Shown here piece by piece: positions 31,942 through 41,991 of a stretch of 64,000 nucleotides of DNA (the stretch's first letter is position 1; the number at the start of each line of letters is the position of its first letter). The translations under genes were made by a program, and so were the position numbers. The notes under the pieces are model-generated. The model worked only from the letters and a program-made list of their open reading frames with translations. It was not told where the DNA came from and did no database searches. Where the stretch lies: the NCBI GenBank assembly GCA_963729045.1, contig CAVSMN010000018.1:1-64000 (forward strand). Direction: 5' to 3'. Source of the stretch: an uncultured Nitrososphaeraceae archaeon. Its GTDB lineage: Archaea; Thermoproteota; Nitrososphaeria; Nitrososphaerales; Nitrososphaeraceae.

Positions 31942-32033
31942 TTATACTTGAGTTCCAGGCCATTCTACCGCATATCTCTCGGCCCGAATTCTATGGATCA
32001 GATCAATTAAACAAATCCTCCGAGGATCTAAAT

Positions 32034-32077
32034 TTGAATCTTCTTTAAAGAACCGATATCGACACTAATCCCCACGG
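32034..32077 (+). repeat. Array site 18 (B, R4)
   Basis: TTGAATCTTCTTTAAAGAACCGATATCGACACTAATCCCCACGG-ATGCATGC. Confidence 0.85.
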
Positions 32078-32408
32078 ATGCATGCAACATGATACAAGGG
32101 ATTAGACTTCCTAAAGAGAAGACAATTTAGATTAATCGTCTGTCGTTATCTTTGATCTTATCCATAGTGTATCAAATATTGTAGCATAGGAAATGAACTC
32201 CAGTGTCCATTTGATGTTAAAAATTTAGCAGAGTAATTACAAATCTTTGCCATCAGTAAAAATCTCGAAAAATTAAATATACCATAATAACAGCATAATT
32301 TAATATATATCAACATGATGGGACACATTTGTTCTAAGCATAAAGAAGAATTAGAGCGACACGGATTGATTTGTCCCAGAAATACAAATTTTACAGAGGT
32401 GGATTCTA

Positions 32409-32753
32409 TTGACGTCATATCGCGAGAATAAGAAGATGGGGGATAATATAGCAGAGAATGACTCGATTAGATTTATACCTATACTTCCTGCGTTGACCAA
32501 TATTTTATTAGAAATAGTACAAACTCAAGATATTTTTCATATTAGGTTTCAACCTGAATTCAGTGAATGTGATATTAGTGTATACGAATTCAGAACTTAT
32601 CTTGATATACGAAGGGAAGTTTTGCAAGAGTTGATCGATTACAAATTTCCTCATGGACAGATACACTTTTTCCTTTTGAATATAGACAAACAGTCAGAAG
32701 AGATAGATAATAATATCGAATATTTTGGAGTTGCCCATTGTTGGTCAAACTAA
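32409..32753 (+). CDS. Hypothetical protein
   Basis: Longest ORF between sites 18 and 19. Confidence 0.45.
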   Translation: MTSYRENKKMGDNIAENDSIRFIPILPALTNILLEIVQTQDIFHIRFQPEFSECDISVYEFRTYLDIRREVLQELIDYKFPHGQIHFFLLNIDKQSEEIDNNIEYFGVAHCWSN

Positions 32754-32989
32754 CAATGACTGAGGAACTGATGAAGTATCTTTCTAAATTTGAATTTAAT
32801 AAAGGACAACTTTTGAAATTAGAATTTAATCAGATACAACAATATTACTGTCTATAGCATTTTTACTATCAAAATAGAATTGTCAACTTTTTTATATAAT
32901 TACTTGACCCGGGCATGAATATTCGTATATGATGACCACCTATTAAAATCAATTAATAATTCTCTCCCCATTTCAGATTACTTATGATC

Positions 32990-33023
32990 TGATTGTATCC
33001 AACCTTGAATCATATCTCCACGG
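32990..33023 (+). repeat. Array site 19 (C, R4)
   Basis: TGATTGTATCCAACCTTGAATCATATCTCCACGG-ATGTATCC. Confidence 0.85.
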
Positions 33024-33095
33024 ATGTATCCATGAGGCAGATAACCACATGGATAAATACAAGTCATTTTTATATATCCTTTTTAATACATTTAG

Positions 33096-33677
33096 TTGAT
33101 GAAAAAACAACCAGCAATTTTAGTTTTAATCGTGATGGTGGTAACAACTATCTATGCACTTTCATTAGGAAATACAGGCTATTCACAACAACAAGGTGAA
33201 AACAGTATTTTGGATTCCATAGATGTGAAAAATACTAATCTGACTCTTGGTAAACCTTTCTACACTGAAAAATTTGAATTTCCATCAAGTCAAAATTCCG
33301 GAGACTCTGAAAATAATAGTGCTTCTGCCAATTCTGTGTACTCCTTTGAAGGTAATGGAACATTAGACAATTTGCAAATAACTGCTTCTGGAAGTGGTAA
33401 TGAAGTTTCAAGAGATGATGGAACTAACTTTCTTACTGGTAGAGCGCTTTTTACCTCTTCTCAAAACGGTACTGCAAGTTATTCCTTTGAGGCCATAACA
33501 AATACTACTGAAGAAGGCATTAGAACAAGTCTAGGGGCTGCATTCTTTGATGCTAACGCAACAGGAAATCTAGAATCGCTTAAGAGTATTGTAGGAGTTT
33601 ATGAATCATACATAGACGAAGGTCACGGAAAAGGGATCTTTGCAATGTGGCATATTAAAGACCTATTACCTAAATAG
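33096..33677 (+). CDS. Secreted hypothetical protein, distant GNGT-family member
   Basis: Signal peptide; P.Y, GNGT, G...F.......L..L....G.Y and terminal W pattern shared with 5546-6094. Confidence 0.7.
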   Translation: MMKKQPAILVLIVMVVTTIYALSLGNTGYSQQQGENSILDSIDVKNTNLTLGKPFYTEKFEFPSSQNSGDSENNSASANSVYSFEGNGTLDNLQITASGSGNEVSRDDGTNFLTGRALFTSSQNGTASYSFEAITNTTEEGIRTSLGAAFFDANATGNLESLKSIVGVYESYIDEGHGKGIFAMWHIKDLLPK

Positions 33678-33720
33678 TAGTAGATTATTAATCTATTTTT
33701 TTATCAGTGTTTGATATTTA

Positions 33721-33753
33721 GGATTATCTATAACGTTGAATCATATCCCATGG
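33721..33753 (+). repeat. Array site 20 (C, degenerate; last clear site)
   Basis: GGATTATCTATAACGTTGAATCATATCCCATGG-ATAAGGAATGTT. Confidence 0.7.
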
Positions 33754-33989
33754 ATAAGGAATGTTTAGAAAATTAGGAGGCCCAATAAGAGTTGAAGAAG
33801 AGAATAGATGCCCCTATATTTATCGTCAAATAATTTCAGAATGAGCATTAAACTATTATTGATGTGACGATCGTAATTTAGCAATTCGATACTTTCGGAC
33901 ATAGAGAAAGATTTATTACGATATTATATAATCAATTTAAGTGCTAATAATTTTTAGAAAAAGGACATTAACCTAGTTTTTTATTCTTG

Positions 33990-34427
33990 TCATTCCATTA
34001 TACCAATTTGCTTCATCATTCCCGTCAAATCATAGAACAATTTTTCCTCTACTATTTCTTCATTTTTCCAGTGCGCAACGGTACAAAACTCTATTTGAAA
34101 TTTTTTGTTTGTTGGCTCTATAATTTTTCCGCCAAATCCATTCATTGAACCCTTGAACGTTCCAGTAAAATTTGCTACTGAGCATGTCCAGTCGCCTTGA
34201 CCAAACAGGATTTTGTATGGATCATTTTCAATATGATTGTCAGGAAACGTCTTGAAAAAGTCTACTGCCTCATTTTTATGATTTGGTCGTCCTCTAGTTG
34301 GTTGTGACTGTCCCGGCCAGGTTATTTCTACGGCCTCAGCATGACGTTTGTTGAATGTATCCCAGTCCTGTCTATTCCAGGCATCATCCAATGTTTTCAT
34401 TAGTTTTAGATTCCCTTCTAAACTCAT
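33990..34427 (-). CDS. SnoaL-like ester cyclase
   Basis: FFKTFPD, FTGTFKG, PTNK and EEKLFYD...MKQIG motifs. Confidence 0.85.
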   Translation of the reverse strand: MSLEGNLKLMKTLDDAWNRQDWDTFNKRHAEAVEITWPGQSQPTRGRPNHKNEAVDFFKTFPDNHIENDPYKILFGQGDWTCSVANFTGTFKGSMNGFGGKIIEPTNKKFQIEFCTVAHWKNEEIVEEKLFYDLTGMMKQIGIME

Positions 34428-34991
34428 CCTTTCTAGATGACAAACACCAAATAAAAAGGATTTACTAGGTATATCCTGGTATGTGGTAAGTTTGAACTAA
34501 CTTTTGGTATTAAATATCTCGAATGTGTAATATATCTATAAATATCAATAATAATATCAACATGAATGTTGATGTTACTTTTGTTTCTAATCCTTTTCTA
34601 AAGATCGATTGTGTTCATCTGAAGGTATCAAATTTGAAAATATCTATTCAATTTTATCAATCAATTATTATCTGAAGATAACAATAAATCCTCATCCTCA
34701 ATATTGATTCTAACTCAAACAAATATTGTCAAGGAAAAGACTTATCAACCAAATACCTTAAAAAAATGAGGACGGACTTACCAATACGGTATCATATGGC
34801 TAATGCGAAATAAAGACATATTGGTCCGAGTTTTATTCAAGGTAACCTTTCATTAATATTGAATGTAATCATCTCTTCGTTGTATCTGATCCAAAAAATA
34901 TAAACATCAACAAGGTTAACTGAATTTCAATTTTATCATTCTACCAGATCATAATTTATATAGTCGGATAGTTTATCCAATACTATATAAA

Positions 34992-35231
34992 TTGGTTCAG
35001 CAATGTAAAGACATATGTTCTAATGTTCTAGGAAACATAAGAAGGATCAGGGGCATTAGTCCTTATAAACAAGGATTGAAATGGTGTTCGGTTTGTAGAA
35101 AATTTCTTCAAAATATAGAAACCCCCATTGACTGTCCTTGTTGTGGAACTCAATTACGCAAAAAACCAAGAATAAATAGACACAATAAGGAATTATATAA
35201 TGAGTTTCTAGGAGTTAGACGGATCGAGTAA
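34992..35231 (+). CDS. Small zinc-ribbon protein
   Basis: CSVC...CPCC. Confidence 0.7.
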   Translation: MVQQCKDICSNVLGNIRRIRGISPYKQGLKWCSVCRKFLQNIETPIDCPCCGTQLRKKPRINRHNKELYNEFLGVRRIE

Positions 35232-35447
35232 CTATTGTACCGTGTTCGATTTGATTAAAGAAACTATACCATACTTGTATTCACTGATAAATAATTTTTA
35301 CATAATTAACTAACTAGTTGAAATTCAAGATCAAGTTATACTCAAATACATCCGGATCTTTCATTTCAAGTTGTAATTGATACTGGTATATGATTGAAAA
35401 TACTGTGACCGGTTAATGCTATTGACAGTGAGGAAAAAAGGCTGTTG

Positions 35448-36170
35448 TTAGGCAGTTATTCTGGCTGTTTCATGGGGTTTAAATTTATTCCACATAATTC
35501 CAAATATAGCACCTAGAACTAAATAGAACATAACCATTGTACCAAAAGTAACGGCTCTAAATGCGTTGACTAAATCCATTGGTGCAGTTATTTCATCAGG
35601 ATTTGCTGGAAATACGGCATAAATAAAAGCAACTAGGCCCAAGTAAATTATGGGAATTACATACTTAATGTAACTGATTTTACGTAACTTATACACGAGA
35701 ATACTGACGCCCAAAGCGATTAATCCAGATGCCAGTTGATAGCTAGTATACAAACTATCTCTTAATCCAATAGTCTCTGGATCGCCGACGGCAGGTGGGT
35801 TTGCAGGATATTTGATGAAAGGAACGATATATAATGATAAACACATTATGGCTGCTAAAATGAGTGCTTTTTTCCTATCATCCGAAGAAGGCAAATACTT
35901 TCTCGATATTACATAAACGATTCCTAAAATCGCACCATATGTTAACCCTAAGAATGCTCCTGCAGCAAAAGTTCCTTCCTTTTGCCACACCCTGTAAGTA
36001 CTTAATTCATCAAAATCAACTACTTCACCAGATGCGATGCTGTTATCCACCTCAATTCCTATCGCTTGATCTATGAATGGCTCTGCAACAAAATAATTAA
36101 CGCCTGCTAAAATTACTCCAGCTATAACACCTGACAAAAGAGATACAAAAATAAATGTTAAAGATTTCAT
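35448..36170 (-). CDS. cbtA: Probable cobalt transporter subunit CbtA
   Basis: EPFIDQAI, VPFIKYPANPPAVG and FRA motifs; multi-TM. Confidence 0.85.
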   Translation of the reverse strand: MKSLTFIFVSLLSGVIAGVILAGVNYFVAEPFIDQAIGIEVDNSIASGEVVDFDELSTYRVWQKEGTFAAGAFLGLTYGAILGIVYVISRKYLPSSDDRKKALILAAIMCLSLYIVPFIKYPANPPAVGDPETIGLRDSLYTSYQLASGLIALGVSILVYKLRKISYIKYVIPIIYLGLVAFIYAVFPANPDEITAPMDLVNAFRAVTFGTMVMFYLVLGAIFGIMWNKFKPHETARITA

Positions 36171-36214
36171 GTTCTATAATCTAATTCACATATGAGGATA
36201 TAAAATGACAAATA

Positions 36215-36433
36215 TTAATGGCACGGAAATCCCGCTGCATGTCTTATATCATGAGTAAATTCATGAAGCCACATTGTGTCATATGCTTCATTTCCTTGTA
36301 CCAAACTAAATAATTGGCCTTGATCATATCCGACTATGTAAACACTAAAAATTGCAATAATGGCTAAAACTGCGATTGAAACCTTTGGAATTCCATCTTT
36401 TTCTACAACCCTTTGATCATGATGTAGACTCAC
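36215..36433 (-). CDS. cbtB: Probable cobalt transporter subunit CbtB
   Basis: One TM helix plus HEFTHDIRHAAGFPCH. Confidence 0.9.
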   Translation of the reverse strand: MSLHHDQRVVEKDGIPKVSIAVLAIIAIFSVYIVGYDQGQLFSLVQGNEAYDTMWLHEFTHDIRHAAGFPCH

Positions 36434-36745
36434 ACTGCATTTACCTTTTTCGAGATATATAAAGTATTGTATGGTTTATCCAACATTTTGTGTTTAGGAC
36501 TATATGGGAAGTCGGAGAAAATAAAGTAACAATGGAATCTACAAATCTGAATTTTTTTTAATGGTTCAATACTATGTGTTTTATTAGATAAAATTTTAGA
36601 TCAAGATTATGAAGATTTATTGACACACAGTAATTTGGAGTCTAACTATTCAGAATCTGATTTTGACTTATTAATTACTGCATCAATCATGAGAAACAGA
36701 TAAAAAAAGAGATAAAATTAAATTTGTAAGATACTAACTTATAAT

Positions 36746-37411
36746 GTGCATCTTGTGGTCAATACCCTAAAAGCCATATCTAGCAGATACGCACCTAGTA
36801 GAATTCTTTCTTTCAACTCTGCTCATGTATTCAAGACACTACAATTATTAAAAAGGGACGGGCACGTTAGTAGACTTTTACTGATTAATGAGTTGGGTCT
36901 AGGAGAAGGTTCCATAAAGACTTTGATAAAGCATCTTAAAATGGAAAAATTAATTCTTACAACTCAAAAGGGAACTATGATGACTGAAAGGGGGGAAAAG
37001 ATTTTTGAAGAGATGTCACAATATATTTGCTCTGAAACACAAGTGCCCAAAAGCTCGATATCTATTGCTGAATATAATCATGCCATTCTTTTAAGAAATT
37101 TGAAATTTGCTATTAAGCAAGGCGTTGAGCAAAGGGATGCAGCAATTAAAGTGGGGGCAAAAGGAGCTACAACACTTTTGTATAATAATGGGAAATTTCT
37201 TATCCCGGGTTCTAAATTTAATGCTCTAAAAGAAGAAAAAGCTATAGAAAAGCTGTTAAAAGATAATCTAAAGCCCATAGAAAACGATATCATCGTGATT
37301 GGAAGCGATGACAATAACTACATAACAGCCGAGCTTGCATCAAAATCAGCTGCACTTCAGACGCTCGAAAATCATGAAGATCATAAGGGATTAGAATTTA
37401 TCATTAGATAA
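36746..37411 (+). CDS. HTH regulator (DUF4443-like)
   Basis: SR..L..ELGLGEGSIKTL and G.EQRDAAIKVGAKGATT. Confidence 0.75.
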   Translation: MHLVVNTLKAISSRYAPSRILSFNSAHVFKTLQLLKRDGHVSRLLLINELGLGEGSIKTLIKHLKMEKLILTTQKGTMMTERGEKIFEEMSQYICSETQVPKSSISIAEYNHAILLRNLKFAIKQGVEQRDAAIKVGAKGATTLLYNNGKFLIPGSKFNALKEEKAIEKLLKDNLKPIENDIIVIGSDDNNYITAELASKSAALQTLENHEDHKGLEFIIR

Positions 37412-37599
37412 TTCAAAACATAATAATAAATAATAAAAAAACAGGAATAAGCAAGATATAATATTCACATAAGCAAATTAAATGTCAATTATGATCAATA
37501 AGTAATGAAATAAATTGGAAACATAGTGTCGGGCCTGTTCTTTCTTAGTGTGTATACCCATAGAACATATCCCGATCAATATTACCAATTCTTATTAAT

Positions 37600-38034
37600 G
37601 TGACCTTTTTTAAAACTTATATGAATAATCTAGTGAAAACTACTTTCGAAGAATTAGTAAAAGATGTAATTTTACTTGATGACGTTATGTTATCGATAAG
37701 AAGTGATGGTGCAATAGCAGAGGTCAAACTGGAAAAAAATACACCTTTTCGAATTAAGGAACAATGGGCCACTATAGGAGATGAAAAGGGGGCATGGCAT
37801 ATTCACGTTAATATTCAAGAAACAAAGGAAGCCAAGTTCATCATAGAATCAAGCGAAGATGGTAGAAGAAGGTATAGCATTAGATTCTTTAATTCTGGAA
37901 ATAGATTAATCTTGCGTGTGAATTTCATGAAAATGTATACTGCAGAAAATGAGGTAATTAAGGAAAGTTTAACAAGATATGAAAATTTATTCTCAAAATA
38001 TGGGAAAAAAGAAACAATAGTGTTACAATCCTGA
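37600..38034 (+). CDS. ChuX/HutX-like tetrapyrrole-binding protein (tentative)
   Basis: GAIAEVK, WHIHV and YSIRFFN..G..IL.V pattern. Confidence 0.5.
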   Translation: MTFFKTYMNNLVKTTFEELVKDVILLDDVMLSIRSDGAIAEVKLEKNTPFRIKEQWATIGDEKGAWHIHVNIQETKEAKFIIESSEDGRRRYSIRFFNSGNRLILRVNFMKMYTAENEVIKESLTRYENLFSKYGKKETIVLQS

Positions 38035-38531
38035 TGTTACTAAAGACGATCATTACAAAATGGTCCAAAGAATAAACTATTCCAAACCAAACTATTACTC
38101 ATAGTCGCTACATCTAGCTAGAGATAAGGTCGCTTTTTTTATAATTAGAAATCAAATATTGACAACAGCTTTAATTAGGTGGTAACATATTAATCCTAGA
38201 AAACGAATTTGTCGTTTTATCGATTTCTAAAACGAACTATAAAATCATATGTTATAAATCTATCAAAAATCGCATAGGATGAACTTTTTTGATTCTTTCT
38301 AAGTCAAAGTTTGTGAATATTAAAAAATCCAAAATTAATATGAATAATGGTAGATTACTCCCAGAAATTGATATATAGGAAAAAGAGAAAATTCCAAAAA
38401 GTTATGGTAAAATCAATAAATTCTACAACATAAAACAACAAGGTATATCTTGATCCTTTATTTTTTGATATAGTTGTGAAAAGATTTTTCTATTCCTTTG
38501 ACACCCATTCAATAGAAATGGAGGCAATTAA

Positions 38532-39581
38532 ATGAAGGCAGCAGTTTTTCGCGAGCATGATAAAGACCCCGAGAAGGTTGTAAAAATAGAGGATATTGAA
38601 GTCCCAAAATTAAAACCTGATGAAGTCTTGATAAAAGTTGAAGCAACTTCATACAATTATAATGATTTGTGGGCTATTTGGGGGAGACCAATTAAAGTTC
38701 CAATGCCCCATATTTCGGGGACAGATATTTCGGGTACAGTGGTGGAATTAGGTGAACAAGTCACCTCTCTTGCAAAGGGTGATAGGGTGGTATCTCATGG
38801 CAACCTAAGTTGCAGGATTTGTAGCATGTGTACATCAGGTAGAGAATATGATTGTGAAAAAAGACTAGTTTGGGGTTTTCAAACTGGTCCACTATGGGGA
38901 GGATATTGTCAATATGCTCATCTACCAGAAGTCAATGTAGCAAAAATAAACGACAACATATCATTCGAGGACGCAGCGGCGATCTCGATGGTAGGAATGA
39001 CTTCATGGCACATGCTAGTTGATAGAGCCAGAATTAAACCGGGGCAGACAGTTTTGATAATGGGTGGAACAAGTGGCGTAGGAATGGTAGGTATTCAAAT
39101 TGCAAAATTATACGATTGCACTGTCATTGCAAGTGCAGGCAACCAACAGAAAATGGACAAATGCTTAGAACTTGGCGCTGATTTTGTTGTGAACCACAGA
39201 CAAGAAGACTGGTATAAGAGAGTAAGAGACGTCACTCAAAAAAAGGGAGTCGATATTGTGTTTGAACACATAGGTAAAACCGTGTTTCCACAAGAGGTAT
39301 CTCTTTTAAAAATGGGAGGGACATTAGTATCTACAGGGGCTACCACAGGATACGATTCTACAATAGATCTGAGGTATCTTTTCTTTAGAGGAATAAACAT
39401 AGTGGGTGCAACACAAGGTACTAAAGCAGAGCTCGAGGAGGTTTTGTTTTGGACTTCAAAGAAAAAAATTAAACCATTGATAAACGCTGTGCTACCCTTT
39501 AATGAAATGGTAAAAGGACACGTGATGATGGCTAAGGGAGATCAAATAGGTAAAACTATCACGACGCCACAAAAACTTTAA
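38532..39581 (+). CDS. Zinc-binding alcohol dehydrogenase / quinone oxidoreductase (MDR)
   Basis: CRICSMC...C structural Zn loop; GGTSGVG. Confidence 0.9.
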   Translation: MKAAVFREHDKDPEKVVKIEDIEVPKLKPDEVLIKVEATSYNYNDLWAIWGRPIKVPMPHISGTDISGTVVELGEQVTSLAKGDRVVSHGNLSCRICSMCTSGREYDCEKRLVWGFQTGPLWGGYCQYAHLPEVNVAKINDNISFEDAAAISMVGMTSWHMLVDRARIKPGQTVLIMGGTSGVGMVGIQIAKLYDCTVIASAGNQQKMDKCLELGADFVVNHRQEDWYKRVRDVTQKKGVDIVFEHIGKTVFPQEVSLLKMGGTLVSTGATTGYDSTIDLRYLFFRGINIVGATQGTKAELEEVLFWTSKKKIKPLINAVLPFNEMVKGHVMMAKGDQIGKTITTPQKL

Positions 39582-39710
39582 ATTCAAATGAAGGTATCAA
39601 TTCATTAGAAAAAATTAAAGAAATCAAAAATATGGTGAGTGAGTGAGTTAGTAACACAAACGTATGACCACTCCACCCCTTGTATTATTTATTATTGATC
39701 CTCTGATTCC

Positions 39711-40290
39711 TCAAGTATGTCCATAATACTGACCGTGAATTCCAAATGGAATATGATGCGGTACTAATGCTCTTGCAATTTCTTTAAATGATTTTGAATC
39801 TAGAATTAGTAAAAAGGATTGACCACTATTCGAATCAAGTACAGACCGACAAAATAACCCCGTCATCTTCCCTTTTGGCACCAAGTCGAGGGACAAAAAC
39901 TGGTTCTCCGGGTTGACAATTCTGTTCACTCCAACTAACAAAGTCTCCAGTTTGAACATTAATCTTGACCAATCGGTTTGTAAAACTGGTAACTGAGGAC
40001 ATCCCTACAGCGTATAAAAAGTCATAATTCTTCATATTAAGATGATTATTTATCCTTGGTAACTCTAATCCCTCATGCATTATCTTGTATCCCACAGAGC
40101 CTATTGTCTAGACTTATCGTAAAACGACGATATTGACTAACAGGAATATCCATAGGCTCGTTTCCTCTTAATATATCAAGATAGAGAGAATTTATGATAC
40201 TATTATCTTCAACGTTATCATATCAATGACTACATTATTATCTACTTCAAATGCGTTTATATGATGAAATGCAAAGAAAGACTCACTTAA
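39711..40290 (-). pseudogene. Carotenoid oxygenase (RPE65-like) C-terminal remnant
   Basis: [35 protein letters not shown] and PFGIHG spread over several frames; N-terminus missing. Confidence 0.8.
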
Positions 40291-40397
40291 GTTAATTCCA
40301 TCCGGTTTGTTAATACTACTCGAATTTGGAATGGATCTTGTTAGGTAGATATATTTTTACTAATAGAACATGAATATAAAAATAAAATAGGGATTTA

Positions 40398-40929
40398 CTA
40401 GTAATCAACTACAGTAGTTTTATTTAACAAATTAGCCATTAATGCAGGAGACCCGATTATGGACCCGTCTATTATATCAGAATTATCATATCCTGCTATT
40501 TTCAAGCATACTTCACAAATCACAACATTTCCTCCATTATCAATAAAATCAGAAACATTTTTTGTCAAAGTGTTCTAATCCCAGATAATGGTGAGGATTC
40601 TTTACACCTATCTGTACACCCTCTATACTAAGCATCAAAGTCACATTATAACCCATTTTTAACATGGTTTGAGAATCCAATATGGCAATAGTAGATCTCC
40701 AAGGTTCATCACTACTTAGATGGTAAACAAGCTTGGTTTTATTAACTTCCTGCGCGAATATAGAAGGTACAGAGAGATTAGAAAAAGAATGTATATCGTT
40801 AAAAAAAATCATACTAGCGGTTGTATAAAAAGAGATTAGCAATCCAAAGATAAGAAGAATGGAAATAGACGGATTAATTTTAAATTTAATTGCACCTAGA
40901 CTAGTCTCAATCATATAACATAATATCAT
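40398..40929 (-). pseudogene. Exported DsrE-family protein, frameshifted near 40560
   Basis: LVYHLSSD, VTLMLSIEGV; a second frame continues FIDNGGNVVICEVCLKIAG...TTVVDY*. Confidence 0.7.
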
Positions 40930-41284
40930 TTCAGGTGACTATTAATCTTTATAGTTTTAGTTTGATAAATGCGGGTCCTAAAATGGACTACTTTTCTTAA
41001 TGATATCATATTTTCTTTATTTTAGTTTTAATACTTTCCACAGTTCATGAAAATAATTCAAATAGTGACTGATTGTGAATTTTGTTTGAATCAGGTCTCT
41101 AGTCCTGTTTTTGTTTCTATTTTTAATGTCGGATCTAAATAATTTACTAAATACAAAATAAATAATAAAGTAAGCAGATAATGATATCAATTACAAGCCA
41201 ATTCATTGCCTGATTACCTCCCTCCCTCCTTTGATACTCGATTTTTATGAAAATCACAAGAAATTAGATGTTTCGTGCATACAT

Positions 41285-41737
41285 CTACTGCTGAGCAGCT
41301 GCGTTGCTTCCTGTATTTTCTTGACTTTGGACGTTGATGTTGTTACCAGAACCTATTGTATCTGCACCTGATACTACTTGGCTGTTTTGGCTGGAGGATT
41401 GAGATTGGCTGATGCTTTGTTCTGCAGAGTTTCCACCCTGTCCACCTTGTGCTAATGCGTTGTTTCCACTGTTCTTTTGGTGTTGGAAACTAAGGTTGTT
41501 GCATGAGAGAAAGGTTGTTCCACCTGATACACATCCAGCATTTTGGTTTGATGATTGTGATTGGTCTATGGACTGTTTTGCTTTATTTTTCTTGTTGTGT
41601 GTGGCTAAAGCATCATCTACATTGAGCATTGGACTGACAAATAGGGTTAATGCTACCACTATTGCAATTGATGCGACAAAGATTTTGCTGTTTTTGTTTT
41701 TGTTTTTGTTTTGGTTGTGAATATTTGTTTTATTCAT
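41285..41737 (-). CDS. Secreted N/Q/S-rich repeat protein, copy 3
   Basis: Paralog of 23981-24433. Confidence 0.9.
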   Translation of the reverse strand: MNKTNIHNQNKNKNKNSKIFVASIAIVVALTLFVSPMLNVDDALATHNKKNKAKQSIDQSQSSNQNAGCVSGGTTFLSCNNLSFQHQKNSGNNALAQGGQGGNSAEQSISQSQSSSQNSQVVSGADTIGSGNNINVQSQENTGSNAAAQQ

Positions 41738-41816
41738 ACCTTTGATACTATGGAAAAAATATATTGGGATTGCTAACTAGGTGCAATACTCTAATATTCT
41801 AGCAGTTTTAGAATTA
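41738..41816 (-). promoter_or_regulatory. Conserved upstream element, copy 3
   Basis: Near-identical to the other copies. Confidence 0.8.
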
Positions 41817-41991
41817 TCAATATTAGTTGTATTTACAAATGATAAGAATTTGTGTTTTCCAACTCATTTGATTTTAATAGCAAAACAGTAACAGATTACC
41901 ACATTACATGCCACAGTTTGTAATAATCAGTAATCCAAAAAAAAATAATAGCAGAATAAAAACTATAATGTAGACATTCTTTTGGTTAAGC

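Noticed and set aside
759..33753. CRISPR array interpretation of the repeated sites
   Set aside because: Spacing is 0.3-5 kb and contains whole genes, the repeats fall into three classes, and no cas genes are visible.
759..33753. Classical integron attC sites
   Set aside because: There are no RYYYAAC/GTTRRRY ends or long attC hairpin, cargo genes lie in both orientations, and no IntI is seen.
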